A DNA stretch of 64,000 nucleotides from the NCBI RefSeq assembly GCF_037042905.1, contig NC_087245.1, forward strand, positions 20,648,001-20,712,000, read 5' to 3'. Origin of the DNA: Lytechinus pictus (taxonomy: Eukaryota). Under the pieces are notes generated by a model that did no database searches, was not told where the DNA came from, and worked only from the letters and a program-made list of their open reading frames with translations. Shown piece by piece: positions 13,344 through 26,829 of the stretch; position 1 is the stretch's first letter; the number at the start of each line of letters is the position of its first letter. A program made the position numbers and the translations under genes.

Positions 13344-14435
13344 CATGTTCATATATCAAGCAACAGACACACCGACATAACGATCTCCCTATAGTCGGAC
13401 CGTTGTTTTGTTTTGTTTGTTTTTCGTTGTTTTGAATCGCACACTATTGGTGGGCGTGGAGACAAGGGCCCGTTTCTCAACACCTGGACAAGTAAGTCAT
13501 ATCTTTATCCACCAACCACGGAGTTAGTTCCAATCTAGCCATTTCATGAAAGGCTTCCTAACTAGAATCATTTGAGGGGCGTCCTTTTTCAAACTTCTGT
13601 GCTTATGACTGTCCCCTCCCATGCAATGATTGTTTACTGTTATTTTACCGTGAAAAATTGTCAATATATTTTATGTTGTATGATCAATTTTTTGCATGGA
13701 AATAAAGAATCAATCAATCAATCAATTTGATATCGATTCTATCAGTAGAGAGAGCAGACATAGTCACACAATAGCATCATTTTCAAAAAGCAAAATTACG
13801 ATAAAACTGCAATTATTGTGATGGATTGGGAAATACAGTTAATCAAAATGATAGCAGAGGCAAAATTAAACTTTACCATGAAGACTGGAACATTCAATTC
13901 CTTAGAAAATGAAATTATAAATTCATGTCATGACTAAAAATCACATGTGCCTGTGGACGTTGAGATGAATACCCCCGGGGTAGTCTACGGAAATATAAAG
14001 GTTTACCTTGTGAAACGTTGATAATTATACGCTTTTATGATTCCAGATATTATCAAAATATAATGTAATATAAATTGTTTACATCTTTAGATACCGAAAC
14101 ATACGAATTTAAAAATTCTATGCATAAATAAGAGACAGCATTTATTAATATATTGAAAGGGTCTGAAAACAGCGAATACGAGTCTAGTTATGGATGGCCT
14201 GATGTGGTAGAATCTTTATAAATTCAATTATTTTACTATTTCAAAATGAATGGTTTTGTGGCGTTTTACCAACAGCTTTTATAATTTCTGTCCATTACAA
14301 CTATTATTGAATGATCTATCCCACTTGTTTTGCAATGTAATTTCAACTTCTATTGATTGATTACGTATATTTTTTTTAATTTCGAGGCACTTTTGCATGT
14401 CACAGTCTACCCAAGTGATGCCACTACGCCATTAA

Positions 14436-15002
14436 AGGACAAGTCCACCCCAACAAAAAGTTGATTTGAATATAAAGAGAAAAATCCAACAAGCATAACA
14501 CTGAAAATTTCATCAAATTCGGATGTAAAATAAGAAAGTTATGACATGTTCAAGTTTCGCTTAATTTCACAAACCAGTTATATTCACATCCTTGTCGGTA
14601 TGCAAATGAGGAGTCTGATGACATCACTCACTCACTATTTCTTTTGTATTTTATTATGTGAAATATGAAATATTCCATTTTTTCCCTATTGTCGTGTGAA
14701 ACAACGATTTATTCCTCCCTAAATATGTGCAATTAGCATTGTTTAATACTATATGGTTCAATCAAGTTTTGTCCTTATTGTGAAATCTGTAAAAAATGAA
14801 ATATCGTATAATTCAAACAATAAAAAACAAAAGAAATAGTGAATGAGGGACATCATCGACTGTCTCATTTGCATGTCACTGAGTTGTGCATATCACTGTT
14901 TTAAGAAAAATAAGCGAGATTTTGATGAAATTTTCATCATAATGCATTCTTGAGTTTTCTCTATTTATTCAAATCAACATTTTTCTGGGGTGGACTTGAC
15001 CT
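14436..15002. mobile_element. TTAA-targeting MITE (Kolobok-like AGG...CCT ends)
   Basis: TTAA|AGGACAAGTCCACCCC..AAAAAGTTGATTTGAATA ... TATTCAAATCAACATTTTTCTGGGGTGGACTTGACCT|TTCA. The interior is largely palindromic. Confidence 0.8.
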
Positions 15003-15226
15003 TTCAGAAAGAAGTTATGACAGGTTCTGAGGGGTAACGGAGGTGTCATAAATATATATTCAGGTTGTTGTACCCTGTTTTGGCAAAGAGGGCTTCGTGA
15101 AACGGTTAGTGGACAAGTAGCTCACTATCTCCGGGCCCCTGATTTCTACTATAATATGTCCAACTCTCCCTTATATACCTTAAAGGGTCTTTGTAAGTAT
15201 GCACCCCCGTAAAAGCTTAATTCCAC

Positions 15227-16611
15227 TTCATGTACAGTGCTGTATACAAATCCTATCCGAATGTGTTTCGTAGATTTTTGAATGATTATTTGAAATTTCT
15301 ATCTGTGAAAAGGGGCGGTTTTTATGTTTTATTCTGAAAAGGGGGTGTTTTTGTAGTTCGTAAACGAAATCTATAAAGATAGTTTTTTTTTTCTTTGTCC
15401 TAATATAACAATTTGTATTCTGTTTTCATTAATAAATGAAAGTGAAATTGAAACACTTCTAAATAGGTTCTATCGTGAAATTGAAACACCTCTAAATTTT
15501 AGGCATTCATGTACAGTGCTGTATACAAATCATATCCGAATGTGTTTCGTAGATTTTTGAATGATTGTTTGAAATTTCTATCTGTGAAAAGGGGCGGTTT
15601 TTTATGTTTTACTCTGAAAAGGGGGTGTCTTTGTAGTTCGTAAACGAAATTTATAAAGATGTTTTTTTTTTCTTTGTCCTAATATAACAATTTGTATTCT
15701 GTTTTTATTAATAAATGAAAGTGAAATTGAAACACTTCTAAATAGGTTCTATCGTGAAATTGAAACACCTCTAAATTTTAGGCATTCATGTACAGTGCTG
15801 TATACAAATCATATCCGAATGTGTTTCGTAGATTTTTGAATGATTATTTGAAATTTCTATCTGTGAAAAGGGGCGGTTTTTTATGTTTTACTCTGAAAAG
15901 GGGGTGTCTTTGTAGTTCGTAAACGAAATTTATAAAGATAGTTTTTTTTTCTTTGTCCTAATATAACAATTTGTATTCTGTTTTCATTAATAAATGAAAG
16001 TGAAATTGAAACACTTCTAAATAGGTTCTATCGTGAAATTGAAACACCTCTAAAATTTAGGCATTCATGTACAGTGCTGTATACAAATCATATCCGAATG
16101 TGTTTCGTAGATTTTTGAATGATTATTTGAAATTTCTATCTGTGAAAAGGGGCGGTTTTTTATGTTTTACTCTGAAAAGGGGGTGTCTTTGTAGTTCGTA
16201 AACGAAATTTATAAAGATAGTTATTTTTCTTTGTCCTAATATAACAATTTGTATTCTGTTTTTATTAATAAATGAAAGTGAAATTGAAACACTTCTAAAT
16301 AGGTTCTATCGTGAAATTGAAACACCTCTAAATTTTAGGCATTCATGTACAGTGCTGTATACAAATCATATCCGAATGTGTTTCGTAGATTTTTGAATGA
16401 TTATTTGAAATTTCTATCTGTGAAAAGGGGCGGTTTTTTATGTTTTACTCTGAAAAGGGGGTGTCTTTGTAGTTCGTAAACGAAATATATAAAGATAGTT
16501 TTTTTTCTTTGTCCTAATATAACAATTTGTATTCTGTTTTCATTAATAAATGAAAGTGAAATTGAAACACTTCTAAATAGGTTCTATCGTGAAATTGAAA
16601 CACCTCTAAAT
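15227..16611 (+). repeat. Tandem array of 5 near-identical ~279-bp units
   Basis: TGTACAGTGCTGTATAC recurs at 15231, 15510, 15789, 16068 and 16346. Confidence 0.95.
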
Positions 16612-18534
16612 AAATTCTTGGTTGTGGATCGGAACCATCATGGTCAAACATGTGAATCTATTATGCCACATTCACGACAATCAAACCGACCATAGACTGA
16701 TCAAAGTTATACGGATTTTTTTCTTTCTTTGGTTCGTCTGGAGTTGATTTTGTTCATGTCACTCAGAGGCGACGCCACAAGGGGTTGCAAGGTGAGAATG
16801 CCCCTATGACATTACAAGTAATGAACAAAAAAGAGGGGAAAAGATTACAAAAAGAAGTGGAAGATTTTTTTTTAAATGATGGAGGAAGGAAAAAAAGATA
16901 GTCTCGATCTATTCTTACTGCTTTTCTTTAAAATGTCAATCCATTAATTTGTATCTGATGTGTTTTACTTTGTATAATGTTTGAATGGAAATAAAATAAA
17001 GAATACTTTATGAATCAATTGAAGAAAAAAAAACATAACGTCATATTTAGGTGGTCTCCCCCTCACATTATGAAAATATCCTGGCGCTGTCCCTGGTGTC
17101 ACTGTAGCAACACCGGGATGCAAACGAGATTGCGATTCATAATTCATAAATAAATGTCTCACTTGGTGGTTTGAATATTGTTTAGGGATATGTGTACAGG
17201 CGTCTCTCCTTAAATCTACTCTTGAATATAGATATCCCGAGACATTCAATTCTTTGGCTAATTACATCAGTTATCGGTATTTCAGGGGAAATCGGATGAT
17301 GATTAAACGTCTCTAGAGAGGTATCGTATTGTTTGCTCATGAGTCCAATGGAAGCTGTACATGATTTCATACCTCATCAACGGTTAGATGATATCGATGG
17401 GCAACAAAATTATGAAGTAATTGATTTCAAAGGCCAGGCCTTTTGAATATCTGGCGGTCGACGCGAGATCAGGCTGACCAATTTTATTGACGACCGATTT
17501 TCGCATTAGATGGTTGACATTTCTAACCTGGCACCGCAAAAATCGATGGGATAGTTCGAGTAACTTCACCGTGTTTCATTTGCTCCATAATTCGTTTTAA
17601 TCAGTGGTGATCATGACGCTATTTTGGAATGATTGCCTCCCTTTCAGCGAGGCATGGAGATCATAACTGAATATTGATGATTTACGCCAATTTATTGTGT
17701 AGGATATCACATTGATACGGAAATTTACGGAAAATTCCCAGAATGAAAACACGACCCTGATGGTCATAAAACCGTTAAGCACCTTTATCAAATTGTATAT
17801 TCCATGATTTTTCCTCTCGATGGATCTGAGATGACATTTCGATGATGCCCGTGGATGTAAGTATTAAAATTTACTAACCCGGTACTTTTCTTTTTTGGTT
17901 TATGTGCATAATTCTGAGATTTTGTATATCTATAGGAAAGAAATTAATCTCTACAAAATGAGTCTTCTGCGCTTAGACTTTATCTTTCATTTTTTATTTC
18001 GTTCTGTAATAGGTTTCCTGAATAATCATCACATCAACCGTAACCGTATATCAAATCATTGTACAGTGCAATTAAGGACAGTTACCATAGAAACGATATT
18101 ATCCATGTGCTACTCAAGCCAGTCAAGACAAAGGAAAGTTGTCAGACGACACATGTTTTACTTATTTGAGAGAAGATGATAAATGAGACGGGTTCAAAGC
18201 AGTCTCTTTAATCAACATTGGAGATCTTTAAAAAAATCATTAGAATCCCAATTACTTTGGGAGTTCATGGTCCATTAAAAAAAAATCAGTTCTCCCTAAT
18301 TCTTAATATCATTCTATTCTTATATTCTTTCTTTCTCCCCCGCACCCATTTAGTTAGAATGTTATGTGTAGAATACTAGAATAAAATATCTTCACATTGT
18401 ATAAGAGATAGACAGGTCTCTTCACAACTTTTATCTTTATTGTTAAACCCAAACCCAAGAAATGGTTTCGATGTAATACTCTTCACCCCACAATATGTTA
18501 TGTTGATGAACAGATTGGGAGCATGAATAAATTA

Positions 18535-18625
18535 TATTGATGATGATGATGATGGTTATGGTGATGATGGTGATGATGATGACAATTATGATGATGATGA
18601 TGACGACGATGACGATTATAATGAC
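18535..18625 (+). repeat. Degenerate (GAT)n microsatellite
   Basis: Direct reading. Confidence 0.85.
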
Positions 18626-18658
18626 TCGATTATTTCACATATCAAATAAACATTATTA

Positions 18659-18899
18659 CACTGTAAAAAAACTATAGTGTTAAAACTGACACCAGTTGGT
18701 GTTAATAGAGGACCACACCCTGAGGCGTTAAAATTACACCCTAGAGATTAAACATAACACCAAAGAGTGTAAATGTAACAACCGAAGGTGTTGTAATTAC
18801 ACCTATAGGTGTTAAACTAACACTGTCAATTTAACACCGGTGTAAAATAACTGGTGTGGTCCTCTATGTACACCTGTTAACACCACAGTTTTTGCTGTG
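18659..18899. mobile_element. CAC-ended, TA-flanked MITE
   Basis: TA|CACTGTAAAAAA ... TTTTTGCTGTG|TA. Internal AGAGGACCACACC / GGTGTGGTCCTCT inverted pair and repeated TAACACC. Confidence 0.7.
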
Positions 18900-20079
18900 T
18901 ACCCTGCAGATTACAATTTCATTCTACAACTTCATTTTCATGTCACTTTGGTAACTTTGGCACGCTGTTCTGTTAGAAAGACAGATTTGGTGAAAATATT
19001 TTCCACCGATTTCCGTAGCTTCTTTACCTCGACGTTTTTTTTTAGTTACGCAGATACATTGCGTAACAAAAATAAGTGCGTAATGTCATGAATGTGTCGT
19101 TAATTATTAAACAAGTATATCACCTTATATCGCAATTTGATCATGTTTTTTTTAATTTGTTTATTTATTCTCTATTTATTTAGAAGTTGTATATAGTGAG
19201 CCTCTTAATAGTACTACATCAACTAGTGCCTCTAACCATCCAAGAATGCCAAAGTAAGTTTTAACCCCTTTCTTAAAAAAGAAAAGAAATGCATATATTC
19301 ATAAGCTCGTCACACAAACTTACACATTCTGGTAAACTGTATCTTTTTGGCATTGCAATGACTTGAAAAATGAACTATTTAACGGGTTCAGTGTAGAATC
19401 ATGACACAAATGACAAAGGTAACTTTTATAGATATAAAATGATGTTGAATATTTCCCCCTATATTAGTACTTTTATTCTGCAATGATTCAAAGAAGATGC
19501 AAAACTGATATAATCAATGACTATGTTTGCACTCGAGGATATATGGTATGTCATATTATAACAGAACGTTATAATGTGTTATGTTAAAATCTGACGTCAT
19601 TTTTAGTAAAGCTCGTCTGGTACAGAATTTAATCTTTGCATTTCTTTCCTTTTCTCCTTTTCTTTTTCTATTTCTATTTTTGCATTATCTAGTTTAGTTA
19701 TGGTTAAATTATTTTCCACCTGTTCTAAAATAAAACGCGCACACCTGAATTTTATCATGGTTTTCATGGATTGGGGCCACGTTACGGAGATCCGATCTCA
19801 GACTGCGTTTGGTTACGTCATCTAAAGTAATTTCCATTAGTTATGTTTTAACATAACCATGATAATTGTGGGAATTAGTGCATGAGGATGTTTAAGAAAT
19901 GAATTTCACATATCATATCCATCATAATATTTAATTTCAATTCAAATATAGGCCAACAAAAAAATCTTAACGATTATTGATTGGTCTGAAGCAAACCTCG
20001 CTCAATCTCTTAGGATGATTTTGGTAAGTTTTGTCAAGAGATCGGCTCTTTATCAAAGATGATGGATATCATATCAACA

Positions 20080-21221
20080 CAGGGGCGTAACAGGGGTCGG
20101 TGGCCGGGGGGAGAGGGCAAAAATTTCACGGTCATATTATGGTATGAACCGGCAGTAGCGTAATGAGTCAACAATTTTGAAGGTGCCAGATAAATCATGG
20201 CGTATATCGGGCAAAATTATTTTTTTTAATGCGAGCGAGCGAGCAAAAATCTCGACATTTTTATTTTTAATTACCAAAATTTGTGACGGATTTTGACATA
20301 ATATTCAGAAAATAATATTTCACCCTTCTCTCTTTCCTTTTCTCTTTTTTCTTGGTCTGTACGCCACCGTGAACAAGATTTTTTAGTATTGTACGCGAGC
20401 ATTAGGGCGAAGCTCTATATGCAGCGTATGCGACAGTAGCGTGATGAGTAAAAAAAAAAAAGAGGGGGCACAGTTCGGCGCGTGTGGCAAAACGTTGCGT
20501 AATGTAAGGAGCGAGCAAAGCGAACGAGAAAAAAAATCATCTTGTCCCTTCTCTTCATATTCCAATTTAGCTTTTGGGTCTACATTCTACCTTCATTTCC
20601 CGCTTTTGTTTACCATTTTGTCATTGTTTTTCATTATTTCCCTTTCTTACTTATCATGCTAATGTATAAGTACACTGTTAGAAAATTTATCCTTAAAATA
20701 AAAAAGGTTCCTGCAGCAGAGTCTCGAGAACACCTGTAATCTTACCAGATGCGTAATCTTACAGGAAATTGGTATTTGGTGTATGGAACCTTACAAATTT
20801 CCTTTTAGAAAACACCCTTTTCCCCTTTTTAAACAGACCTGTTCTGTTAAATTGCAGAAAAAATTATGTTTTATGAATTTACAGAATGATTCTGTTATTG
20901 CTTTTTGCAAAATCTTCTGTTTTTTCCTGTAAAATCAGGTTTTTTTTAACAGTGTATTTCGGGATGATTTGTTCTTTAAGTCTCACAAGTTCTTTTCTCC
21001 CTTTTCCCGCTTTCCTTCTGTTTTCCCTTTTTTATGCTTTTTTTCTTAGTTTTTTTTTCACCTTTTCCCTTTCCCCATTTCTTTTCCCCCTTTTCTTTCC
21101 CTTCCTTTCTTCAGTTCCTCCCTTTTCTCCTTTTCCCGTTTTTTTTATAGATTATTTTCCCGGTGAAATCCGCCAAGGGGTGGGGCAGCTTGCCCCCTGC
21201 CCCCAGTCTGTTACGCCACTG
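20080..21221. mobile_element. hAT-like non-autonomous element with nested inserts
   Basis: CAGGGGCGTAACAG ... CTGTTACGCCACTG ends. The TSD is imperfect. Confidence 0.55.
20673..20954. mobile_element. CAC-ended, TA-flanked MITE nested in the above
   Basis: TA|CACTGTTAGAAAA ... TTTTTTAACAGTG|TA. Confidence 0.7.
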
Positions 21222-22243
21222 TATAATCAACCCAATATATACTGCCAAGAGATTGATTGGTGAAACTATGGTGCCCTCATGCAATGACGTCATAGCTATG
21301 ATTTTCCCTTAACGCCACACCCACATGATTATTGTGCATTATGTATCGTGATTTTCAACAAGGTACTCCCTTGGCCGCCCAATATTTTTCAGGGGATGGC
21401 AAGGACACAGGGGCGGATCCAGGAATTTCCAAAAGGGAAGGGGCACAACATTGATGTGAAGTTTTGGGTGACCGACGGGAGATTTTTTTATATATTGACC
21501 TTAAAGATTTTAAACACTGAATTCATGAACAGAATAAGGATAACACCAACCCCGTTGCCAGGATTTTGAATTTGGGGGTTCGATTCATCGCTGAAAAACT
21601 TACAAGAAAAAAAGAAGGTAATCGGTCAAAACTCTCGGCTATTTCGCCCCAGAAAAACTGTTTTTCTTCCCTATTTCCCCCCTATTTTTTAGGGTTACGT
21701 TCGACACCCCCCCCCCCTCCCCTGGCTAAATGCAAAACAATCGAAATGCACTCTGTGCCTGTGTTCAGGAAAATTTCCAACTTTTTAGTTACAATTTATA
21801 AATTGAACATTACTGTTTATATTAAAAAGCTAATGTCAATATAAACAGTATCATTATAACTGATGTATTATCAAGATTTACTTTAATAGTTTACCATGCT
21901 GTATAAAGGGTATTCAGAATGTGTAAAAAATAAAAGACATCTACTTTTGAATAATGATTTATTAGAGTAGTATGTCAATAGATTCAGTGAATTCCAATAT
22001 AAAAAAATAAAATAAAAATCCGTAAGATCTGAAGGATATGAATTATGAAAAAACAGAATTATTAATATCTCAGATATTCAAACTGATATGAAATACTAGA
22101 TATATTTTGCAATTGTAAATGATATCACTCAGGAAAATATGTATTTTACTTTCAGTTTTCAAGGATATTAGATGTTGGTATTTTCATTTTGCCAAACAAA
22201 TTTTCAATACTGAAGACGCGTCTTGTGTGTTTTGTATTTCCAG

Positions 22244-25200
22244 CATGTCCGGAAGAGGCGGAGTCTCATGGAGATTCCTGTTACTATTTCAGTTCCACGG
22301 AATTATCGCGGGACGATGCGAACGAGAAATGTACCAAATACGGCTTTCATCTGGCCTACATTCAAACTGAAGAGGAACAGGAATTCCTTCAGGGTCGACT
22401 GATTGAAGAACGCGTGAAAGACTGCTGGATAGGACTAACCGTCGATTCCAATGGCGATGGGATTTGGATGGATGGATCGAGCCTCACCTATGATAATACA
22501 GAAGATGGGTCCTACAACGAAAGAGTGGGATGTTTCCGCATGAGAAAAACACATGGATACAGATGGCATGACAACAAATGCAAAACAGAGTACCAATATG
22601 TTTGCGAAAAAGAAAATGGTGATTATTGTTAAACTCAAGCCAGAGTGTCTTCCCATGATGTTCTTGTCCTATTGTGGGTGATCTGCTCTAGGCCCCTGCA
22701 GTAGTATAGTAGGCATATTTATATTCATACATTTTGATACCAGGGGCGGCGATCCTGGGGGGGGGGGGGGTAGGGTGCACAGTGCCCCCACACTTTTTGA
22801 AACTGTCCCCTTTTACCTTACAAATGTGTTCAATGTGCTTTCATATTAGAAGGACCCGTTTTCTGTTCCAACGAGTGGCCCTTCACCTTACAGCGCCCTC
22901 GGCAAGCCAAGAAAATGGCCCCTCTCCAATTATCACATGATAACATGACCCTATGTTTATGTTATCTTCAAGCGATAAACTGTGACTTTTGTGAAGGAAT
23001 TTACAACGATTACCTTCTCTTCAACAAACAAAAATAATTTCAACGGGGCATTTTTATACCTTTTAACACACTACGAAAATTCAGAGTAGTAATTAGCGCC
23101 AGAATAGGACCACGAAGCAAAATGTACAACTTAAAACTGAATTCACATGGGTGTATATTATCAGGATTGTGTTTCACAACAAAGGGCATGAAACGTATGA
23201 CGTAGATAAACAAAAATACCCTATTCAAACAAACCATTTCTGAGTGACTTTATGGTGAATTGAGTTGCACTTACGACCATCTTGCGACCTGGTGAAATCA
23301 CCCTGATGTAAGATGTCAACTCAAGTCATATTCGAAAAAAGATGGAATAACTTCGTTCCTGAAGCGGGTTCTAAGCATTTGTAAATTGAAAGGGGTTCGT
23401 ATGAACTCTGGAAGAAGACCACAGGGAGCAGTAGGCCTACCCCCGAAAATTTTAAAAATCCACACTAGTTAGGAAATCTGCCCCCAACTATGCGTTTGTT
23501 CAAATCTCTGTGATCGTAGCTTTTGTTGAGAGCAAATTTAAATCAAGGTATTCGTCAAATTAGTATTTTTTCTTATTCTTAAATGTGCATGTTTCCAATA
23601 CCATATAGAGTGTTCCGAGACAACAGTGGCGATGACGACAACACCATCTACCACAACAACACAACCAACTACAACAAAACCTACCACCACAGCAGCTATA
23701 ACAACAACACAATTGACAACTATGTCTACAACAACGCAGCCAACCACTACAGCTACAACAACAACACAATCCACAACGCAGCCAACCACAACTAAACCTA
23801 CTACCACAATGGCTACAATAACCCAATCCACAACGCATCAAACCACAACTAAACCTACTACCACAACAGCTACAACAACAACAACCCAATCCACAACGGC
23901 TACAACAACAACCCAATCCACAACGCAGCCAACCACAACTAAACATACTACCAAAACGGCTACAACTACAACAACCCAATCCACAACGCATCAAACCACA
24001 ACTAAACCTACTACCACAACGGCTACAACTACAACCCAATCCACAACGCAGCCAACCACAACTAAACCTACTACTACAATGGCTATAACAACAACACAAT
24101 CCACAACGCAGCCAACCACAACTAAACCTACTACTACAATGGCTATAACAACAACACAATCCACAACGCAGCCAACCACCACGGCGACAACAACAACACA
24201 ATCCACAACGCAGCCAACCACAACTAAACCTACTACTACAATGGCTATAACAACAACACAATCCACAACGCAACCAACCACTATGGCTACAACAACGACA
24301 ATAAAATCCACAACGCAGCCAACCACAACTAAACCTACTACTACAATGGCTACAACAACAACACAATCCACAACGCAGCCAACCACAACTAAACCTACAA
24401 CCGCAACAGCTACAGCAACAACAACCCAATCCACAACGCATCCAACCACAATTAAGCCTACTTCCACAACAGCTACAACAACACAGTCGACCACTACTAA
24501 AGCTACAACGCAACAATCGGCAACCACTGTGGCTACCACAACAGAAACTCACAAAGGTCAGTAAATCGTTTATGGTTAGAGTTGTTACGTTAATCCGAAC
24601 CACAGTGATGTGTTCCTATTGTGGTTGACCTTATGATTTTGAAAGGGAAATTTCTGCTGTGGAAAGAGCGGGAACAATAATTGTTAGTTTTTGTGACACT
24701 TCTTTTTTTTTCTTTCCATTCTCTCTTCTATTTCCTTCGCCTATTTCGTTCTCTTTTGCCATTTTTTTTTCAAACGTACGAGTTTAGTGTTTGGGTTTGG
24801 TTCGTAAACATTTTGTAAATAAATGGTTGGAAGTAAAGAGTTTTGAGTTTTGACTAAGTTTATCATAATCGGGTTACGGGTATAACGTCCGTTGCAGCCA
24901 TACCAGGCCCAGTTTCATCAAGTCTTACAACTATTGTAACTTGTCCATTATTGTAACTACCATGGTAACCTTGATTTTGATTGGCTGCTCAGCCCTGTTA
25001 CCATGGTAATTGACAAAGTGGCATAAGTACAATGGTTGGATTTATATGAAACGGGTTTTAGGTGTTAGAATTGTTTTCTATCCTGGCACCCAATAGACAT
25101 GATAGATTCATGCGATTCCTAAAGTTTTGTTGTTGTTGTTGTTGTTGCCGATAATACCACGAGTATCATGATCGAAGGTAGGTATATCAGATAACCACAT

Positions 25201-25485
25201 CGAAGTGTTTCTCTTTTCTCGTTGTTATTTCCAGTAAAGCAAAAGTCAAACCGGTTTCGGTCGGTAGCGAGGGACTATGCCGTGAAGAATTCGGCCGTGA
25301 TCGAGCGATACTCGGCGTCGTCGTTGATACGATGTTCGGCCCGATGTTCAAGCACGGAATCATGCTCGCACTTTACGTTCATTGCTGACAGTGGCATTTG
25401 TTTACTTGGTAGTTTTACTCTAAAGAACGACTTTGGTTTTGAGAAACTGAATGGAGCCATTACATTCGAAGCCATCTTGTTCTGA
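22244..25485 (+). CDS. C-type lectin / Thr-rich mucin repeat / PAN-apple domain protein, paralog 2 (5' signal exon not located)
   Basis: Exons: 22244-22618 (CTLD, 375 nt, same length as in paralog 1), 23609-24556 (Thr-rich), 25235-25485 (CSARCSSTESCSHFTF......CLLG). All introns are GT-AG and phase 1, and the frame is open to TGA. Confidence 0.85.
23632..24540 (+). repeat. Coding Thr-rich tandem repeat, ~60-bp unit (TTTQSTTQPTTTKPTTTMAI)
   Basis: Repeated ACAATCCACAACGCAGCCAACCACAACTAAACCTACTAC. Confidence 0.95.
24906..25057. mobile_element. Degenerate Harbinger-like palindromic MITE
   Basis: GGCCCAGTTTCATCAA ... ATATGAAACGGG with internal TACCATGGTAA repeats. Confidence 0.5.
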
Positions 25486-26366
25486 GTTGTGCAGTACACC
25501 CCTGTCTGGATTTAGAACATCCATTGCAACATCGGTAGAAACATTGGTACAGGCCTACAGCCAACCATTTGTCTTTAAACAACATAAGACCTGCAAAAAC
25601 TGACCCTGATAGAAATATAGCAACCCACATGGAAACAGTGCACCCTCTTGCATTCTTGTTTACATTGGCCATTTTCGATCCGATTTCAATTCAATTAATT
25701 TATTTCACTCTATGAAAATAAGATATATACAAATAATTAAGAAATTATCCTACATAATGGCAAGAAAGAACGACAATACAAAGTCAAGAAAATGACAATA
25801 CAGTAAAATAATGTACAAAACATTCTTCGAATGTACACTGAATTTAATGGTGGGATGGGGGCTACTGTACCCCAAAAATATATTTTTCGTTAAGTCATTG
25901 TATTGTAATGATCATAATTTTTATCGAAATTCCTTTATCATCTTGCAAATTTGCGTTTTACACGCCACTAATATCAAACAAGTGATTATTAAGTTATTGC
26001 AAAAATCAATTGAGAAAGAGAAATATGAAACAAACACGAAGTGATATAATTGTGACATTAAAAGGGAAATTGCTTAAGAAATAAGTCACGAAACGAACCT
26101 CTTTTGTTTTTTTTGGTAATCTATTATTATGACTTCCCTTTGATTTTTCTTTAATCATAAGTTTCGTAAATTTTCTAAGACACTCTATATTCAGTACTCC
26201 TTCAACTTCAAAATATCCCCAATATTTATGGCATTTAGCTAATGGCCTAAAACTCGTCTGCACACACTACGGTATGTATCTATAGGTACAATATATGGGC
26301 AATTGAGTGGTTTTAAAAGGGGGCTGAGCTGAAATGAAGTTGCATACGGAAGATAAAAAAAATTAA

Positions 26367-26829
26367 AGGGGAGGTTCACCCTGACAAAAAGTTTATTGTA
26401 ACAATAGCAGAAAAAAATATTGGCGACGGTGTGAGGAAAATCCATCACAGCATAAAGAAGTTATTAGAATATTCATTATTTGATTTGTGACGTCATATGC
26501 GAGCAGCTACCCTACATATCGTATGGTAAAAAATCAATGAAATGTCATTTTCTCAGAAAATTTATAATAGTTTTTACTGTACCTTAGGTATATTAATAGA
26601 AAAATTATTTGATATCGGTTCCTAAAAAGAAAACAAGTATAAGTCATTACGAATCATCATAACATAAAAAAGTTATTTATTTCATATTATATAACATATG
26701 GGGCAGCTGCTCGTTCATGACGTCACAAATTTCTTAATCTTTAAAATGGATTTTTCTCAAACCTTCATCTATATTTTCATTGTTTCTGCTATTTTTACAA
26801 CAAACTTTTCTTCAGGTTGAACTTCCGCT
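26367..26829. mobile_element. TTAA-flanked MITE (Kolobok-like)
   Basis: TTAA|AGGGGAGGTTCACCCTGA ... TCAGGTTGAACTTCCGCT|TTAA. Internal TTTGTGACGTCAT / ATGACGTCACAAA inverted pair. Confidence 0.8.

Noticed and set aside
20886..21263. 125-aa Phe-rich ORF
   Set aside because: It is a pyrimidine-rich tract inside a MITE. The 28451-28825 ORF similarly comes from (GA)n.
23538..24603. Long Cys/Val-rich minus-strand ORFs (347 aa, 182 aa)
   Set aside because: They are antisense shadows of the ACA-rich Thr repeat exon.
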